This document shows, in pieces, positions 1 through 12,760 of a stretch of 64,000 nucleotides of DNA. Every line of letters begins with the position of its first letter. Within the stretch, counting starts at the first letter, position 1. This stretch comes from Eledone cirrhosa (Eukaryota): contig OZ024747.1 of the NCBI GenBank assembly GCA_964016885.1, positions 57,412,001 through 57,476,000 on the forward strand, written 5' to 3'. Under the pieces are notes generated by a model. That model did no database searches. It was not told the DNA's origin and was given only the letters and a program-made list of their open reading frames with translations. Position numbers and translations under genes: made by a program.

Positions 1-97
1 TTAACATCAGTGCGAGTGGCTGGTTACAGCCAGTTTGAATAGAAAAAGGTGAGAGAATTCTGGCCAGATATGGCCGGTTTAAATGCTAAAGGGTTAA
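1..97. mobile_element. End of a TTAA-type (piggyBac-like) MITE
   Basis: Ends ...GGTTTAAATGCTAAAGGGTTAA. It is the reverse complement of the left part of the complete MITE at 41398-41626. Confidence 0.75.
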
Positions 98-544
98 GCT
101 TTCGGTATCCTGAGGTTTGCTTTTACTGTTTCTGTCCATATGTTCCATGGACTGCCTTTATCACCTTTGAAAGTCCTAGCACTTCTTCACTCAATGATCA
201 GCATCTATATAAGTATTACATGCCTAGCAGAGCACTCTTCTCTCTAGCAAACACTACAGCTTATTTCTCTTGTACGCAGCTTTTCATTTATGCATCCAGT
301 CAACATAATGCCTGGTTTAACACAACCTCTTGCAGGATATGTCCATTTAATGGAGTTGAAAAAAAAAATGTAATTTTCAGTCCACATCTTTTTAAGTTTA
401 GCTGGCTTCTTAATGCCTGGTATGCCTTTAGTGGAGTTGAAATAGAAAAAATGAAATTTTCAACTCACATTTATATAAATTTAGCTGTCTTTTTACATGG
501 TTGCATCTCATCGGTGGTTTCTTGGGTCTTTTGAATTGGGCAAA

Positions 545-660
545 AGCTACAAGAAACGAAGCATCATGCTCAAGAACACAATATACTGCCTGCTCCAAGA
601 ATTGAACCCATGACCATATGGTTGTGAGTCCTGCACCTTAACCACTACGAGACAGGCCTT
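545..660 (-). mobile_element. Degenerate tRNA-derived SINE head
   Basis: The reverse strand reads GTAGTGGTTAAGG...GGGTTCAATTC...TTGTGTTCTTGAGCATG, matching the head of the SINE at 22281 and 25075. Confidence 0.6.
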
Positions 661-1256
661 TGCTAAATTGAATTATACAGCTCACATCTATGCAGGCCAC
701 ACACCTTCAATCTGTTGCAGCATTTGAACCAGATAACATTTCTACTTGTGTCTCATCACCTTTTGACACACGTCACCCTTTACATTCCCCCAAGATGCCA
801 TATATCAGAATGAAACCCAGTTACCATTTCTCCAGGCTCTACTCTAACTTCTGTGAACTTCATTCCAGCATTTCAACCTCTCCTCCCCTTCACCTCTTAC
901 TTATCCCCCACCCCACTTACCTCCTATTCCTCCTTTAGGCAGAAGTTTTTCAACTTCTATCTCTGGCCATAGTCCAAATCTGCTGTCTTACCCTGGCTGT
1001 TTTCTCAGATAGCCGATGGTGTGATTTGAGGAAAATTTGGCTGCTATCTCTAGCTGATGGCTAGCTTATACTGGAGTGGTGGTGGTGGTGGTGGTGTTAC
1101 GATCTTGAAGACAGTGATGATGATAATAAATCAATAGTCATGATCTTTCTCTTTGAAAGTATCTTTTTTTTTTATCAGAGAGAATGAGTTTGTGTATGTG
1201 TGTGTATAAATGTATATTTGTAAATAAATTTATATATATATATATATATATATATA

Positions 1257-1298
<42 letters not shown>

Positions 1299-1554
1299 GA
1301 GACCATAACAGTTCGAAATAATTTGGAGATTTTTTGTCACCACCACCACCACCACCATATATGATGATTGATGGAGGATAACTAGAATGGACAGTCTCAC
1401 AAACAGACATACACACAGACAGACATGAAGAATATTTCAAAAATGTCAGTCATCTGTATTGTGAAGAATTTGCCCAAAGGTCTCACTCAATGGAGCAATG
1501 GAAAAAAAGAAATCAAATATCTTTCTTTTTTCTCTCTCTGTCTGTCTTTTGGCC

Positions 1555-3320
1555 CGCTCTCTCTATGTTCTCTCTATCTCTTTCTTTGCCCACTCTCTAT
1601 GTTCTCTCTATCTCTTTCTTTGCCCACTCTCTCTATGTTCTCTCTATCTCTTTCTTTGCCCACTACCTCTATGTTCTCTCTATCTCTTTCTTTGCCCACT
1701 CTCTCTATGTTCTCTCTATCTCTTTCTTTGCCCACTCTCTCTATGTTCTCTCTATCTCTTTCTTTGCCCACTCTCTCTATGTTCTCTCTATCTCTTTCTT
1801 TGCCCACTCTCTCTATGTTCTCTCTATCTCTTTCTTTGTCCACTCGCTCTATGTTCTCTCTATCTCTTTCTTTGCCCACTCTCTCTATGTTCTCTCTATC
1901 TCTTTCTTTGCCCACTCTCCCTATGTTCTCTCTATCTCTTTCTTTGCCCACTCTCTCTTTGTTCTCTCTATCTCTTTCTTTGCCCACTCTCTCTTTGTTC
2001 TCTCTATCTCTTTCTTTGCCCACTACCTCTATGTTCTCTCTATCTCTTTCTTTGCCCACTCTCTCTATGTTCTCTCTATCTCTTTCTTTGCCCACTCTCT
2101 CTATGTTCTCTCTATCTTTGCCCACTCTCTCTATGTTCTCTCTATCTCTTTCTTTGCCCACTCTCTCTTTGTTCTCTCTATCTCTTTCTTTGCCCACTAC
2201 CTCTATGTTCTCTATCTCTTTCTTTGCCCACTCTCTCTATGTTCTCTCTATCTCTTTCTTTGCCCACTCTCTCTATGTTCTCTCTATCTCTTTCTTTGCC
2301 CACTCTCTCTATGTTCTCTCTATCTCTTTCTTTGCCCACTCTCTCTATGTTCTCTCTATCTCTTTCTTTGCCCACTCTCTCTATGTTCTCTCTATCTCTT
2401 TCTTTGCCCACTCTCTCTATGTTCTCTCTATCTCTTTCTTTGCCCACTACCTCTATGTTCTCTCTATCTCTTTCTTTGCCCACTACCTCTATGTTCTCTC
2501 TATCTCTTTCTTTGCCCACTCTCTCTATGTTCTCTCTATCTCTTTCTTTGCCCACTCTCTCTATGTTCTCTCTATCTCTTTCTTTGCCCACTCTCTCTAT
2601 GTTCTCTCTATCTCTTTCTTTGCCCACTCTCTCTATGTTCTCTCTATCTCTTTCTTTGCCCACTCTCTCTATATTCTCTCTATCTCTTTCTTTGCCCACT
2701 CTCTCTATGTTCTCTCTATCTCTTTCTTTGCCCACTCTCTCTATGTTCTCTCTATCTCTTTCTTTGCCCACTCTCTCTATGTTCTCTCTATCTCTTTCTT
2801 TGCCCACTCTCTCTATGTTCTCTCTATCTCTTTCTTTGCCCACTCTCTCTTTGTTCTCTCTATCTCTTTCTTTGCCCACTACCTCTATGTTCTCTCTATC
2901 TCTTTCTTTGCCCACTCTCTCTATGTTCTCTCTATCTCTTTCTTTGCCCACTCTCTCTTTGTTCTCTCTATCTCTTTCTTTGCCCACTACCTCTATGTTC
3001 TCTATCTCTTTCTTTGCCCACTCTCTCTATGTTCTCTCTATCTCTTTCTTTGCCCACTACCTCTATGTTCTCTCTATCTCTTTCTTTGCCCACTCTCTCT
3101 ATGTTCTCTCTATCTCTTTCTTTGCCCACTCTCTCTTTGTTCTCTCTATCTCTTTCTTTGCCCACTACCTCTATGTTCTCTATCTCTTTCTTTGCCCACT
3201 CTCTCTATGTTCTCTCTATCTCTTTCTTTGCCCACTACCTCTATGTTCTCTCTATCTCTTTCTTTGCCTACTCTCTCTATGTTCTCTCTATCTCTTTCTT
3301 TGCCTACTCTCTCTTTGCTC
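1555..3320. repeat. 36-bp pyrimidine-rich minisatellite, about 49 copies
   Basis: Unit TCTTTGCCCACTCTCTCTATGTTCTCTCTATCTCTT. It explains the overlapping SLSLPTLSMF / ERDRENIERVGK ORFs. Confidence 0.97.
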
Positions 3321-3531
3321 ACTCTGTGTTTACATTTCCATTACCTCTCTCTTGCCTTATTCCCTGTCTCTTTCTTTGTGCCGTCTCTCCCTGTCTCTCT
3401 CTGTCTAACTTTTTGTGCTCTATCCTTCCCTCTCGCTCCCTGTCACTCTCGGTCTCTTTCTTTGAGCTCTGTCTCTCCCTGTCTCTTTTTTTTGCGCTCT
3501 GTCCCTCCCTGTTTTTTTCTTCTCTCTCTCT

Positions 3532-3591
<60 letters not shown>

Positions 3592-3799
3592 CCTCTCTCT
3601 TTTCTCTGTCTCTCTTCTTTCATTTTTCTTACTATCTCTGTCCTTTTCTTTCCTCTTTCTTCTTCTCTCGCCCCCCCCTCTCTATTTGTCTCTTGTCTCT
3701 CTTACATTCTCTTTTGTTTCTCTCTGTCTTTCTCTGTCCTCTGTCTCATCCCCTCAGCCTTTCCCTCACACTGACCCCCCCCCCCTCCTCCATACGTAC

Positions 3800-3840
3800 C
3801 CTCCTCGTCCCAGAACACTCAACTGACCAAACTGTTCCAT
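3800..3840 (-). CDS. Putative first coding segment of a protein kinase (MEQFGQLSVLGRGG...), within exon 3800-3965
   Basis: - strand acceptor CCTTTTCTTCCTCCCAG and donor AGG|GTACGT. The ATG at 3840 is preceded by an in-frame TGA. The peptide resembles a kinase N-terminus entering the GxGxxG loop. Confidence 0.45.
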
Positions 3841-4347
3841 ATAAAAATATTTGAAGATTAACTGTGGCTTTAACTTTCAGCAGTGTGTGTGGTGCCATGA
3901 CAGTGTCATGTGCCATGTCGTGTCGCAGTGGTGGTTGTTGCGTGACAGCTGACGTGCATGTGGTTCTGGGAGGAAGAAAAGGAGAGGGAAGAGGTGAGAA
4001 GAAAGAAGAACAAGAAGGAGGAGCTAGATGTGGTGGTGATGGTGGTAGTGGTGGTTGTGGTGGTGGTGCACTGGTCTAAGGGAGGGGGGGGGGAGTGGCA
4101 TATGTAGAAGAGGTGGGGGCTCTATATTTCTTTAGCAGCATGTCAACAAGATTGATGGAGTGGAGCATGGGAGGTTGCAGTGATGTAGTGCTTGTGGTGG
4201 GGTGTAGTGGTAAAATGATAATATTGATGCATACACACATGTATATGCATTGACATAAACATATATGCACAGACATAGACAGATATACATGCGCACACAT
4301 ATTTACATACATGGATAAATGCAAACAATGCATATATATATATATGT

Positions 4348-4387
<40 letters not shown>

Positions 4388-4704
4388 TAACATATACAGG
4401 TTCTTTTACATACATCCACACATAAACATGCACAGATAAAGGACTCTTTTCTTTCTCTCACACACATGCATACACACGCACAGTCCTTCCTGAATGGGAG
4501 CACTCACTCTCATGCATACTCACACACACACAAACACATAGACACACACTGGACAATGTCAGCCTGCACATAAAAAAAATGTGATGGTCATGCCTGCTTG
4601 AGCCAAGTTAACCTGATGCTAAACAATAATTCAAGCCACCAACACTAACTATTACACCCACCAATGTTGGCCATATTGATCAATACTAAATATTGTAGAC
4701 ATTA

Positions 4705-5555
4705 TAAAGCACCCAGCCCACACTGTAAAGTGGTCATGTAGGTGCGACGACAAAAAGCACCCAGCTCACACCTAAAGTGGTCATTTAGGAGTCTCAACAA
4801 AATGCCCCCAACACACACTGTAAATTGGTCATGTAGGTGTCATGACAAAAAGTGTCAAGTCCACATTGTCAAATGGTCGTGTAGGTGCCACGGCAAAAAG
4901 CACCCATCCCACACTGTAAAATGGTCATGTAGGTGCCACAACAAAAAGCACCCAGCCCACACTGTAAAGTGGTCATGTAGGTGCCACGACAAAAAGCACC
5001 CAGCCCACACTGTAAAGTGGTCATGTAGGTGCGACGACAAAAAGCACCCAGCCCACACTGTAAAATGGTCATGTAGGTGCCACGACAAAAAGCACCCAGC
5101 CCACACTGTAAAGTGGTCATTTAGGAGTCTCAACAAAATGCCCCCAACACACACTGTAAATTGGTCATGTAGGTGTCATGACAAAAAGTGTCAAGTCCAC
5201 ATTGTCAAATGGTTGTATAGGTGTCATGACAAAAAGCACCCAGTACACACTGTAGAGTGGTTGTGTAGGTGTCATGACAAAAAGCACCCACCCCATGCTG
5301 TAAAGTAGTCATGTAGGTGTTATGACAAAAAGCACCCTGTCCACACTGTAAAGTGGTTGTGTAGGAGTCACAACAAAAAGCACCCAGCACACGCTGTAAG
5401 TGTGGTTGGTGTTAGCAAGTGCATCCAGCAGTAGAAACCAAGCCAGAAACAGTTGTGTGAGCAAGACACAGTCACCTGACCTAACTTTCCTCAAATGGGA
5501 CAACCCGCCTAACCCATACTAGCGTGGAAAATGGACTTTAAATGATGATGGTGAT
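4705..5555 (+). repeat. 48-bp minisatellite expanded from a retroelement 3' module, followed by that element's 3' end
   Basis: About 14 copies of AGGTGCCACGACAAAAAGCACCCAGCCCACACTGTAAAGTGGTCATGT run directly into GGTTGGTGTTAG...GCATCCAGC...AACCCATACTAGCGTGGAAAATGGACTTTAAATGATGATG. Confidence 0.9.
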
Positions 5556-5969
5556 CATATGCCTAGCAGCTAAATCTCATCAAATCATATCCTACCATCA
5601 TTAAAAAATGTGGGATGTCCAACTAGAATAACTTTCATTGTAAAGTCGGTTCTATCAGAAATGACTTGTGGCTAAACTATTTTATATTAACTAACTACTA
5701 TGACTACTAACATGAACTAGTGTATCAACCAATATTTGAAAAAAAATCATGCATTTTGTATTTGGAGTAACCAATGTATGTATGGACCTGTAACTTCTTA
5801 GGTAGTCGTAGGGACACCATATTGACGTACAACATTTCTAGGGCATTGTTTTAAATCTGGAGGAGCCCATCTCCTCTCCAGGTCTAACCAATTTGAATTG
5901 GAGTTCAGCTGACCCTGTATATGACATCTTCAATAAATAATTCTTGTTACAGTATATAACATCTTCAAT

Positions 5970-6260
5970 AGAGCATAGCTGACTCAGTATATGACCTGAC
6001 CTAGTATATGACATTTTCATTAGAACATATCTGACCCAGTATATGACCTTACCCAGTATATAACCTGACCCAGAATATAACCTGGCCCATTATATAGCAT
6101 CTTCACTAGCCCATAACTGACCTAGTATATGACCTGACCCAGTATATAACCTATCCCAGTATATAACCTGGCCCACTATTTGACCTGACATGATACATGG
6201 CATCTTCACTAGCCTATAGCTGTCCTAGTATTTGACCTGACCTAGTATATAACCCCAGGA
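5970..6260. repeat. Degenerate short tandem repeat (about 17 bp, TGACCCAGTATAT(G/A)ACC)
   Basis: Repeated motif visible directly. Confidence 0.75.
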
Positions 6261-6430
6261 AGGTCACCCAACTGTAAAACATTGCCTCCAAAAGTCCCAT
6301 CTAGAAAGATGAATGTAAAAATAATGATGATGATGATGATGATGATAATTTATTAGCTTATTCCTTGATGAATTGCTTGATTATTATTATTATTATTATT
6401 GATTCATTGATTTATTTCCTTATTGAACAG

Positions 6431-6530
6431 CTGGGAATATGACTAAGGGGAGAACAGTTGCTGCACAGCCAGCAGATTCAACTTCATCTTCAATTGACAG
6501 AGTGGAGCTCCAGCCCATAGCTGATAGAAG
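6431..6530 (+). CDS. Putative exon of an unidentified host gene (GNMTKGRTVAAQPADSTSSSIDRVELQPIADR)
   Basis: Acceptor TTTATTTCCTTATTGAACAG, donor AAG|GTGAGG, open frame, phase 1 in and phase 2 out. Confidence 0.5.
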
Positions 6531-7059
6531 GTGAGGATTATCATTTCTCACTAACATCACAATTTTGCATGTTTATGTATGTATGTATGGATGTATGTCT
6601 GTTTTTAGGTTTGATTGTGTGTGTATGTAAACATGTATGTGTTAGTGTGTGTATATGTAAGCATGCTTTTAGATTAGGCACACCATATCCCTGTGTCTCA
6701 ACTAAAAGGTTTGGAATCAAGAAAGACATCTAATCATAAAACACACATAAAAATCACATCTAAGACATGCCAGTATGGAAAACAGATGTAAAATCCATAA
6801 TGATGATATGTGTCTCTCTGTGTGTATATGTATATGTTTCTTTTCCCCCAGTTAAAATAATGTTGATTTGTCCATTCTATAAGAGGCCCCCATATTGTTA
6901 TAAAGTAGATATAATCAATTAACCCCTTCCCCCTCATCTCATTCTTTGACTGGTATTTTGGTCTATCTGTCTTGGAAAGAAAAAAAAACAAAGTCAAGTT
7001 CAGTCCAATTTGAACTAATAACATAGAGACCTTTCTTCTTTGCCCACTTATTCTTTAGA

Positions 7060-7330
7060 GTGTCATGGGGGCAGAGTCCTCAAACACTCTCTTCAGTGGG
7101 TCCTGTTATAAGCAACCATCTCCAACTGATCCGGTTGGATGCCCAAGTGAGACCAGACAAGCTCATGGATATTATCCAACCATCTTGCTCGGGGTCTACC
7201 CTGCCAGTTGGTTTTGCCTGTAAACTCTGTCCAGTGATTCTTTCCTGAGACATTCTAACCACATGCCCATAGTATCAGAGCTGTGATCTCTCAATTTGGA
7301 GAAGTAGATGCTCTACCTGGAGTGACTCTC
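7060..7330 (-). mobile_element. RTE-type LINE ORF2 C-terminal remnant
   Basis: - strand LLLQIERSQL*YYGHVVRMSQERI...RPRARWLDNI, with a frameshift and a stop. Confidence 0.7.
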
Positions 7331-7469
7331 TGACGTAGAGATACTTCACGAAATACCCAAGTACATTTGTTGCAGCAATCTACCATTTATTCTTTTCCAT
7401 AACCACCACAAGTAGCCTATATAATATTCATTTCTAAAAATAGCACAAGACCATGCATTTTGGGATTGA

Positions 7470-7745
7470 AGGTGAGGTCCCCCTTCGGTCACAAATGACC
7501 ATGGGATTTACACCTAGGAAGTTCCCCTCAGAGGCACAAGTCCAGGCAAGGTTGTTTGTGGAAGACCAGCAGTTGTCCATGTATACCAGTCTCCCTTCTC
7601 CATGCCTCTGATGTTGTCTAAGGGAAAAGCAAAGGCCAATACAGCTTGGTGCCATTGACATTGTAACTAATCTCTACAGCTGAATGAACTGGAGCAATGT
7701 GAAATAAAGTGTCTTGCTCAAGAACACAACACACAGCCTGTCCGG
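7470..7745 (-). mobile_element. SINE fragment with CORE-like domain
   Basis: Contains GGAGCAATGTGAAATAAAGTGTCTTGCTCAAGAACACAAC, shared with the other SINE copies. Confidence 0.65.
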
Positions 7746-7899
7746 TGTTGTTGATTAAATCATGGCTGGTATTTCATATTTTCTAACCTGGAAAGATGAA
7801 AGTTGATCATACAGAACTTGAATTCAGGAAAATAATGTATCAGTGCCATTACAATATATTGGTTTATTAGATGAATGTTGCAAGTGACAGTTGGTTTGA

Positions 7900-8672
7900 T
7901 CTGAGATTTTTTAACTATAAAACATCTGCGCTCAGATCCTGGTGTGTTTGAACCAAAGAAATTGATCTATGGTCAAGATTGTGGTGTAATTTAACTAAAA
8001 CAATGAATCTGAAATTGTGGTATGTTTGAACTAAAACAGTTCATCTGAGATTGGGGTGTGTTTTAACTAAAATATTTGATCTCATATCCCTGTGTGTTTG
8101 AACCAAAGAAATTGATCTATGGTTGAGATTGTGGTGTCATTGAACTAAAGCAATGGATTTGAAATTGAGGTATGTTTGAATTAAAACAATTCATCTGAGA
8201 TCGCAGTGTGTTTTAATTAAAATATTTGATCTCAGATCCTGGTCTGTTTGAACCAAAGAAATTGATCTATGGTTGAGATTGTGGTGTAATTGAACTAAAA
8301 CAATGGATCTGAAATTGTGGTATGTTTGAACTAAAACAGTTCATCTGAGATTGGGATGTGTTTTAATTAAAATATTTGATCTCAGATCCTGGTGTAATTT
8401 ACACTAAAATAATTGCCCCAAGATTGTGGTGTGATTAAACAAAACCAAGTGATCTGAGATCTTGGTGTGTTTGAGTTAAAACAATTTAATTCTTGATTCT
8501 GATGTGTTTTAACTAAAATAATTGATCTGAGTTCAAGGTATGTTAGAACGAAAATATTTGATCCCTATCCTTTATTAAACGAAGACAATTTGCTCTGAGA
8601 TCGTGGTGGGATTGAACTAAAATATTTGTTTGAACAAAAATAATTGATCTGAACTGAAATAATTGATCTGAG
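7900..8672. repeat. AT-rich degenerate tandem repeat with a 150-bp higher-order period
   Basis: AACCAAAGAAATTGATCTAT recurs at 7951, 8101 and 8251; shorter GATCTGAGATT...GTGTTT subunits lie within each unit. Confidence 0.85.
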
Positions 8673-8992
8673 ACTGCCACCACCACCACCACCACCACCA
8701 CCACCACCACCACCACCATTACCATCACCACCATCACCACCACCACCACCACCACCATCACCACCACCACCACCACCACCACCACCACCACCACTTCATC
8801 ATCATTCTATCATCTGCCGTATTATTTACTTTTTATAATATATTTTCTTTACCTTAATTTTTGTTCTATTTTCTTTATATTCTTCTTTCATTTTCTCTCT
8901 TATTTTTATTTTTTTTATTTTTCCTCTTTTGGTTTTCTTCATAGTTCTTCTTTTTACTTCAATTGCTCTCTCTGTCACCATCCTTTGTTTAC

Positions 8993-9048
8993 CTGGAACA
9001 AGGGATTTCCAAGAGAATTCTTATCCAAATCTAGCCTCCAGCTTGGAT
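8993..9048 (-). other. Putative 56-nt exon on - strand
   Basis: Acceptor GTGTTTATAG, donor CAG|GTAAAC; one open frame (PSWRLDLDKNSLGNPLFQ). Confidence 0.4.
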
Positions 9049-9836
9049 CTATAAACACACAAACGCATATTTTCTCCTTCTTTCTCTGTCACACACACAC
9101 ACACACATCCGTGCATACACACACATACATACAGACAGAATAGAACTAATCATGCTTACACACAGACACATACACAAATGAAGTAACAAACATTGACACA
9201 AATATCCTTTCATCCACACACACAAATACATATTTACGCATTTACATCTACACTCACACAAATACATATTTACACATTTACATCTACACTTACATACACA
9301 TGCACACATATACAGACGATAGCACCAATTATGCTTACACACAGACATACATACACAAATGAAGTAACACAAACATTGACACAAATAGACTCACCCTTTC
9401 ACCTACACACACACACACAAATTTACACATTTACTTCTGCACACACACATACACACATTCTCTTTCTCTCTTTCTCTTTCCCTTCACCCCCCCCCCCATC
9501 CATATATACAACTAAATACATCTATACTATCATATACACATGCTAATACATACGTGTGAAAATAACTGAATCAGATTTAGTTACATTCACAAATTACTAA
9601 TTGAAGGTTGTTTATTGTATGAGCTCACCATGAAAGGAATTTTGATATTGACTATACTTAATCAATACATAATAATCCTTAAATATCATTTCACTGGATG
9701 CTGTTAAATTTCTATTTGATAATCTGTCATATTAACTAACTTTTAACATCCTGTAATGAATTTGCTGAAAATATCTAAAAACTGGTTTGCTAATTCAAAT
9801 GTTTATAGTATTTTTATTAGTGGAAAGATCATTGTG

Positions 9837-10290
9837 AAATGCATTTGTGAGTGAGTTTTATATTGAATAATAATAATATTCAATGCGTTTGCAAGCATCA
9901 GCCTCATTATGGTATGTGTTTTAGGCATCTATCATCATCCTTTTGTTCTAGCGGTGAGGAGAGAGATACACAATCTTGACAAAGGGCAACAACCCAGAGA
10001 CAATATTATTGTCGGTTGTTTTTCTCTGCCTCTGCTAGAACAAAAGGATGACAGTAGCCGTCTAAAACACATAGTGTAATGAGGCTGTTTGTTTGTAAAC
10101 GAATCGAATATTATTATTATCCAATATACGGCCCTTTACATTCTGAGTTCAAATCCCGCTCAGATTAACTTTGCCTTTCATCTTTACAGGGTCGATAAAA
10201 TAAAACACCAGTAATGCACTGGGATAATTGCTGGCCTTGAGCCAAAAGTAGAAACAATTTTTATACGATATAAAACTCACAAATGCATTT
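9837..10290. mobile_element. Foldback/MITE-like element with long imperfect inverted arms, interrupted by a SINE
   Basis: AAATGCATTTGTGAG..TTTTATA pairs with TATAAAACTCACAAATGCATTT, and CATCCTTTTGTTCTAGC pairs with GCTAGAACAAAAGGATG. A SINE segment occupies about 10128-10262. Confidence 0.75.
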
Positions 10291-11743
10291 ATGTATCCGC
10301 TATGTTAGAGCGAAACTAATTTTGTTTTTATCATTATGAACATTATTAGCAAACGAAAGTAAAAACTTTAATTTTTAATGTGATGCAGTTATAGATCTGC
10401 TTTGTACTTTTCAAGAATATCTTGTTAGTATGGTTTCATACAGCACAGTACTTTAAAAGTTAAATAGATCCTCCCAGGGTCAGGCTGTTAGCTGTAGTGT
10501 GATAGTAGTGATTGTGGTGATGGTGGTGGTTGTAGTGAATATAGGGGTAGTGATAGTTGTCATTGTAATAGGAGTGAGGCTGGTAGTGTTGAACATAGTG
10601 GTGGTGGTTGTAGTGAATATAGTGGTAGGGGTGGTAGTGTTGTTGGTGTTGTTGCTTCTCTTGGTAGTAACGCTAATGATTTTAGTGATGTTCAATACTA
10701 CCACCACTAAATTCAACACCACCATCCTCACTGCCACCATCATCCCTACTATTACCATTATCACCTTACTCACTACCACCTTGTTTACTACAATCACCAC
10801 CACTACTACCACTAACACCACCACCACGACAGCCACCAACACCACTACCATCACAGCTGCTATCACCACAAACCACCACTACCAACACCACTATCATCAT
10901 AACTGTTATCACCACCACCACTACCACTAACAACACAGCCACCAACACCACTACCATCACAGCTGCTATCACCACAAACCACCAACATCAACACCACCAA
11001 CACCACCACCATCACAGCTGCTATTTCCACCCTAATCGTCTAATAAATGGAAGGTGTGTTGGGATGTGGTGAAGAGCTTATTGCAGCCATCAGCTAAATT
11101 AGCTTTAAAATGGGGTCAGTTTCTGGATCAAGCTGACAATTCCTTTATTATTCCTTGGAACTTCCGAGTGCCGGAACAAGAAGAGAGAGAGAGAGAGGGT
11201 GGGGGGGACTTAATGAAAATTAGATTTTGCTCTTAAGAGAAGATTAGCATAAATTACCGTAATACACCTGCTGATGTTGATGTTAGTGTTGTTGCTGTTG
11301 TAGATGCTTTTGTTCTTGTTTATGCAGCTGTTCTTGGTGTTGTTTCTGTTGCTGTTGTTCTTTGTGTTGTTGTTACTGTTTTTGTTGATGTTATTGTTGC
11401 TGCTGTTGTTGTTGGTTTCCTGATTTGCAACTCCACCTTCCTCTATACTAGCATTAGTTGTTGTTGTTTTGCTCTGAATCAGATCCAAATTCAGCATGTC
11501 TGTGATCAAAAGCTCTCCAGCTATGGCCATCCTGTGTTATTTTCTAACACAGTATATTATCTGGTTGTCACGAGTATCCTTGCATGTCATATAAGACAAA
11601 TAAAAAAGCCAGCATCAGGAAAGGTATCCAGCTGTGAAATATTTCCTCAAAACCTCTCATCTAAACCATGTCAGCAAAGAAAAGCAGGCATAAAAATGAT
11701 GATGATAATGGCACTGCATTATCTAGGTGTTTTGACTATTTTT

Positions 11744-12126
11744 TTAACCCTTTCATGACCGCATTTCTAATGAAATACACTTTATTATAATTAATTAATG
11801 AAGAATTTCAAGGGATTTAATAAAATTATTAATTATTACATTACTAAGATAGTAACTTAATGTAAGGTTCTTATATGAAATTATTTTGGAATATTTTAAT
11901 TTAAAATGGATGGTTTTATTTCAAAGAACCAAAGCCGGTTTTGTTCAGGTTGGTAACTAAAGGGTTAAATAGCAACCCTTTTAAATGGGTGGTTTTATTT
12001 CATAGAACCAGTGCCAGTTTTGGTCAGTTTGGTAGCTAAAGGATTAACTAACAACTCTTTAAAATGGGTGGTTTTATTTCATAGTACCAAAGCCAATTTT
12101 GGTTGGGTTAGTAACTAAAGGGTTAA
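11744..12126. mobile_element. TTAA-type MITE with its right end triplicated (about 79-bp units)
   Basis: TTAACCCTTT...AAAGGGTTAA at 11744-11968. The terminal unit AAATGG(A/G)TGGTTTTATTTC...GG(G/A)TTAA occurs three times. Confidence 0.7.
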
Positions 12127-12680
12127 AGATGTTTGCATGTGAATTCTCGTATATTTATTTGGTATTCCTAATAGATCAAGCAACCTCATATAATCTCCCT
12201 TATAGCTGATGTAGTGAAATCTGCTAAAAACTATTTCAGTCCTGACCATCACATGTTTTGGATACCCAAGGCATTTTTTAAACCTGACAGAGTTCAAACT
12301 ACTCTAGATCTGAATACAGCAGATTTCTTCCAGATAAGGGTAGAGAGAGGGAGAGAGTGGAAGTGAGAAAGAGACACAGAGGAAGAAATTGACCCCAGTA
12401 CTACAGAAATAGCTGTTAAACGCTTATATATATGGTGATGATGATGATAACATGAATGTAGTATATGCTGTTAATTTGTTTGCATTGTGAAGGGTTTTGG
12501 ATAGGTAATTAATACTAAAGTATAATAGAAATATACTATATTTACATATAACTCCCAAAGTTTAGAAGGAATTTCAGATGTGAAGAATATAGCTAATGGG
12601 AGATTTTCAGTTATGCAAAGATTTCAGTACATGGAAGTAAATCTATACACCAAGATCTAAGTATAAAACCAAAAACTTAC

Positions 12681-12760
12681 CCAACACATATTTTCTACAT
12701 CTCGTATATATCTTCAGAGACATTTACAAATATACATACATTTCAAGAGAAGCATGTCTC
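12681..12760 (-). other. Putative 80-nt exon on - strand (probably 5' UTR or non-coding)
   Basis: Long polypyrimidine tract ending CTATCCTTAG, donor TGG|GTAAGT; all three through-frames contain stops. Confidence 0.5.

Noticed and set aside
49-534. 161-aa ORF
   Set aside because: Starts inside a MITE end, has no recognisable motif and includes a short local duplication (TTTA(A/G)TGGAGTTGAAA).
921-980. - strand segment that would continue the kinase loop as GFGLWPEIEVEK with a strong GAG|GTAAGT donor
   Set aside because: The acceptor lacks a polypyrimidine tract, and the peptide after GFG is not kinase-like.
1425-3854. 600-800 aa ORFs in several frames
   Set aside because: Translations of a 36-bp minisatellite and (CT)n; open in many frames simply because the repeat lacks stops.
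4742-5308. Cys/His-rich repeat protein (KWSCRCHDKKHPAHTV)n resembling a zinc finger
   Set aside because: The unit is the 48-bp non-coding retroelement module found dispersed in SINE/RTE 3' regions.
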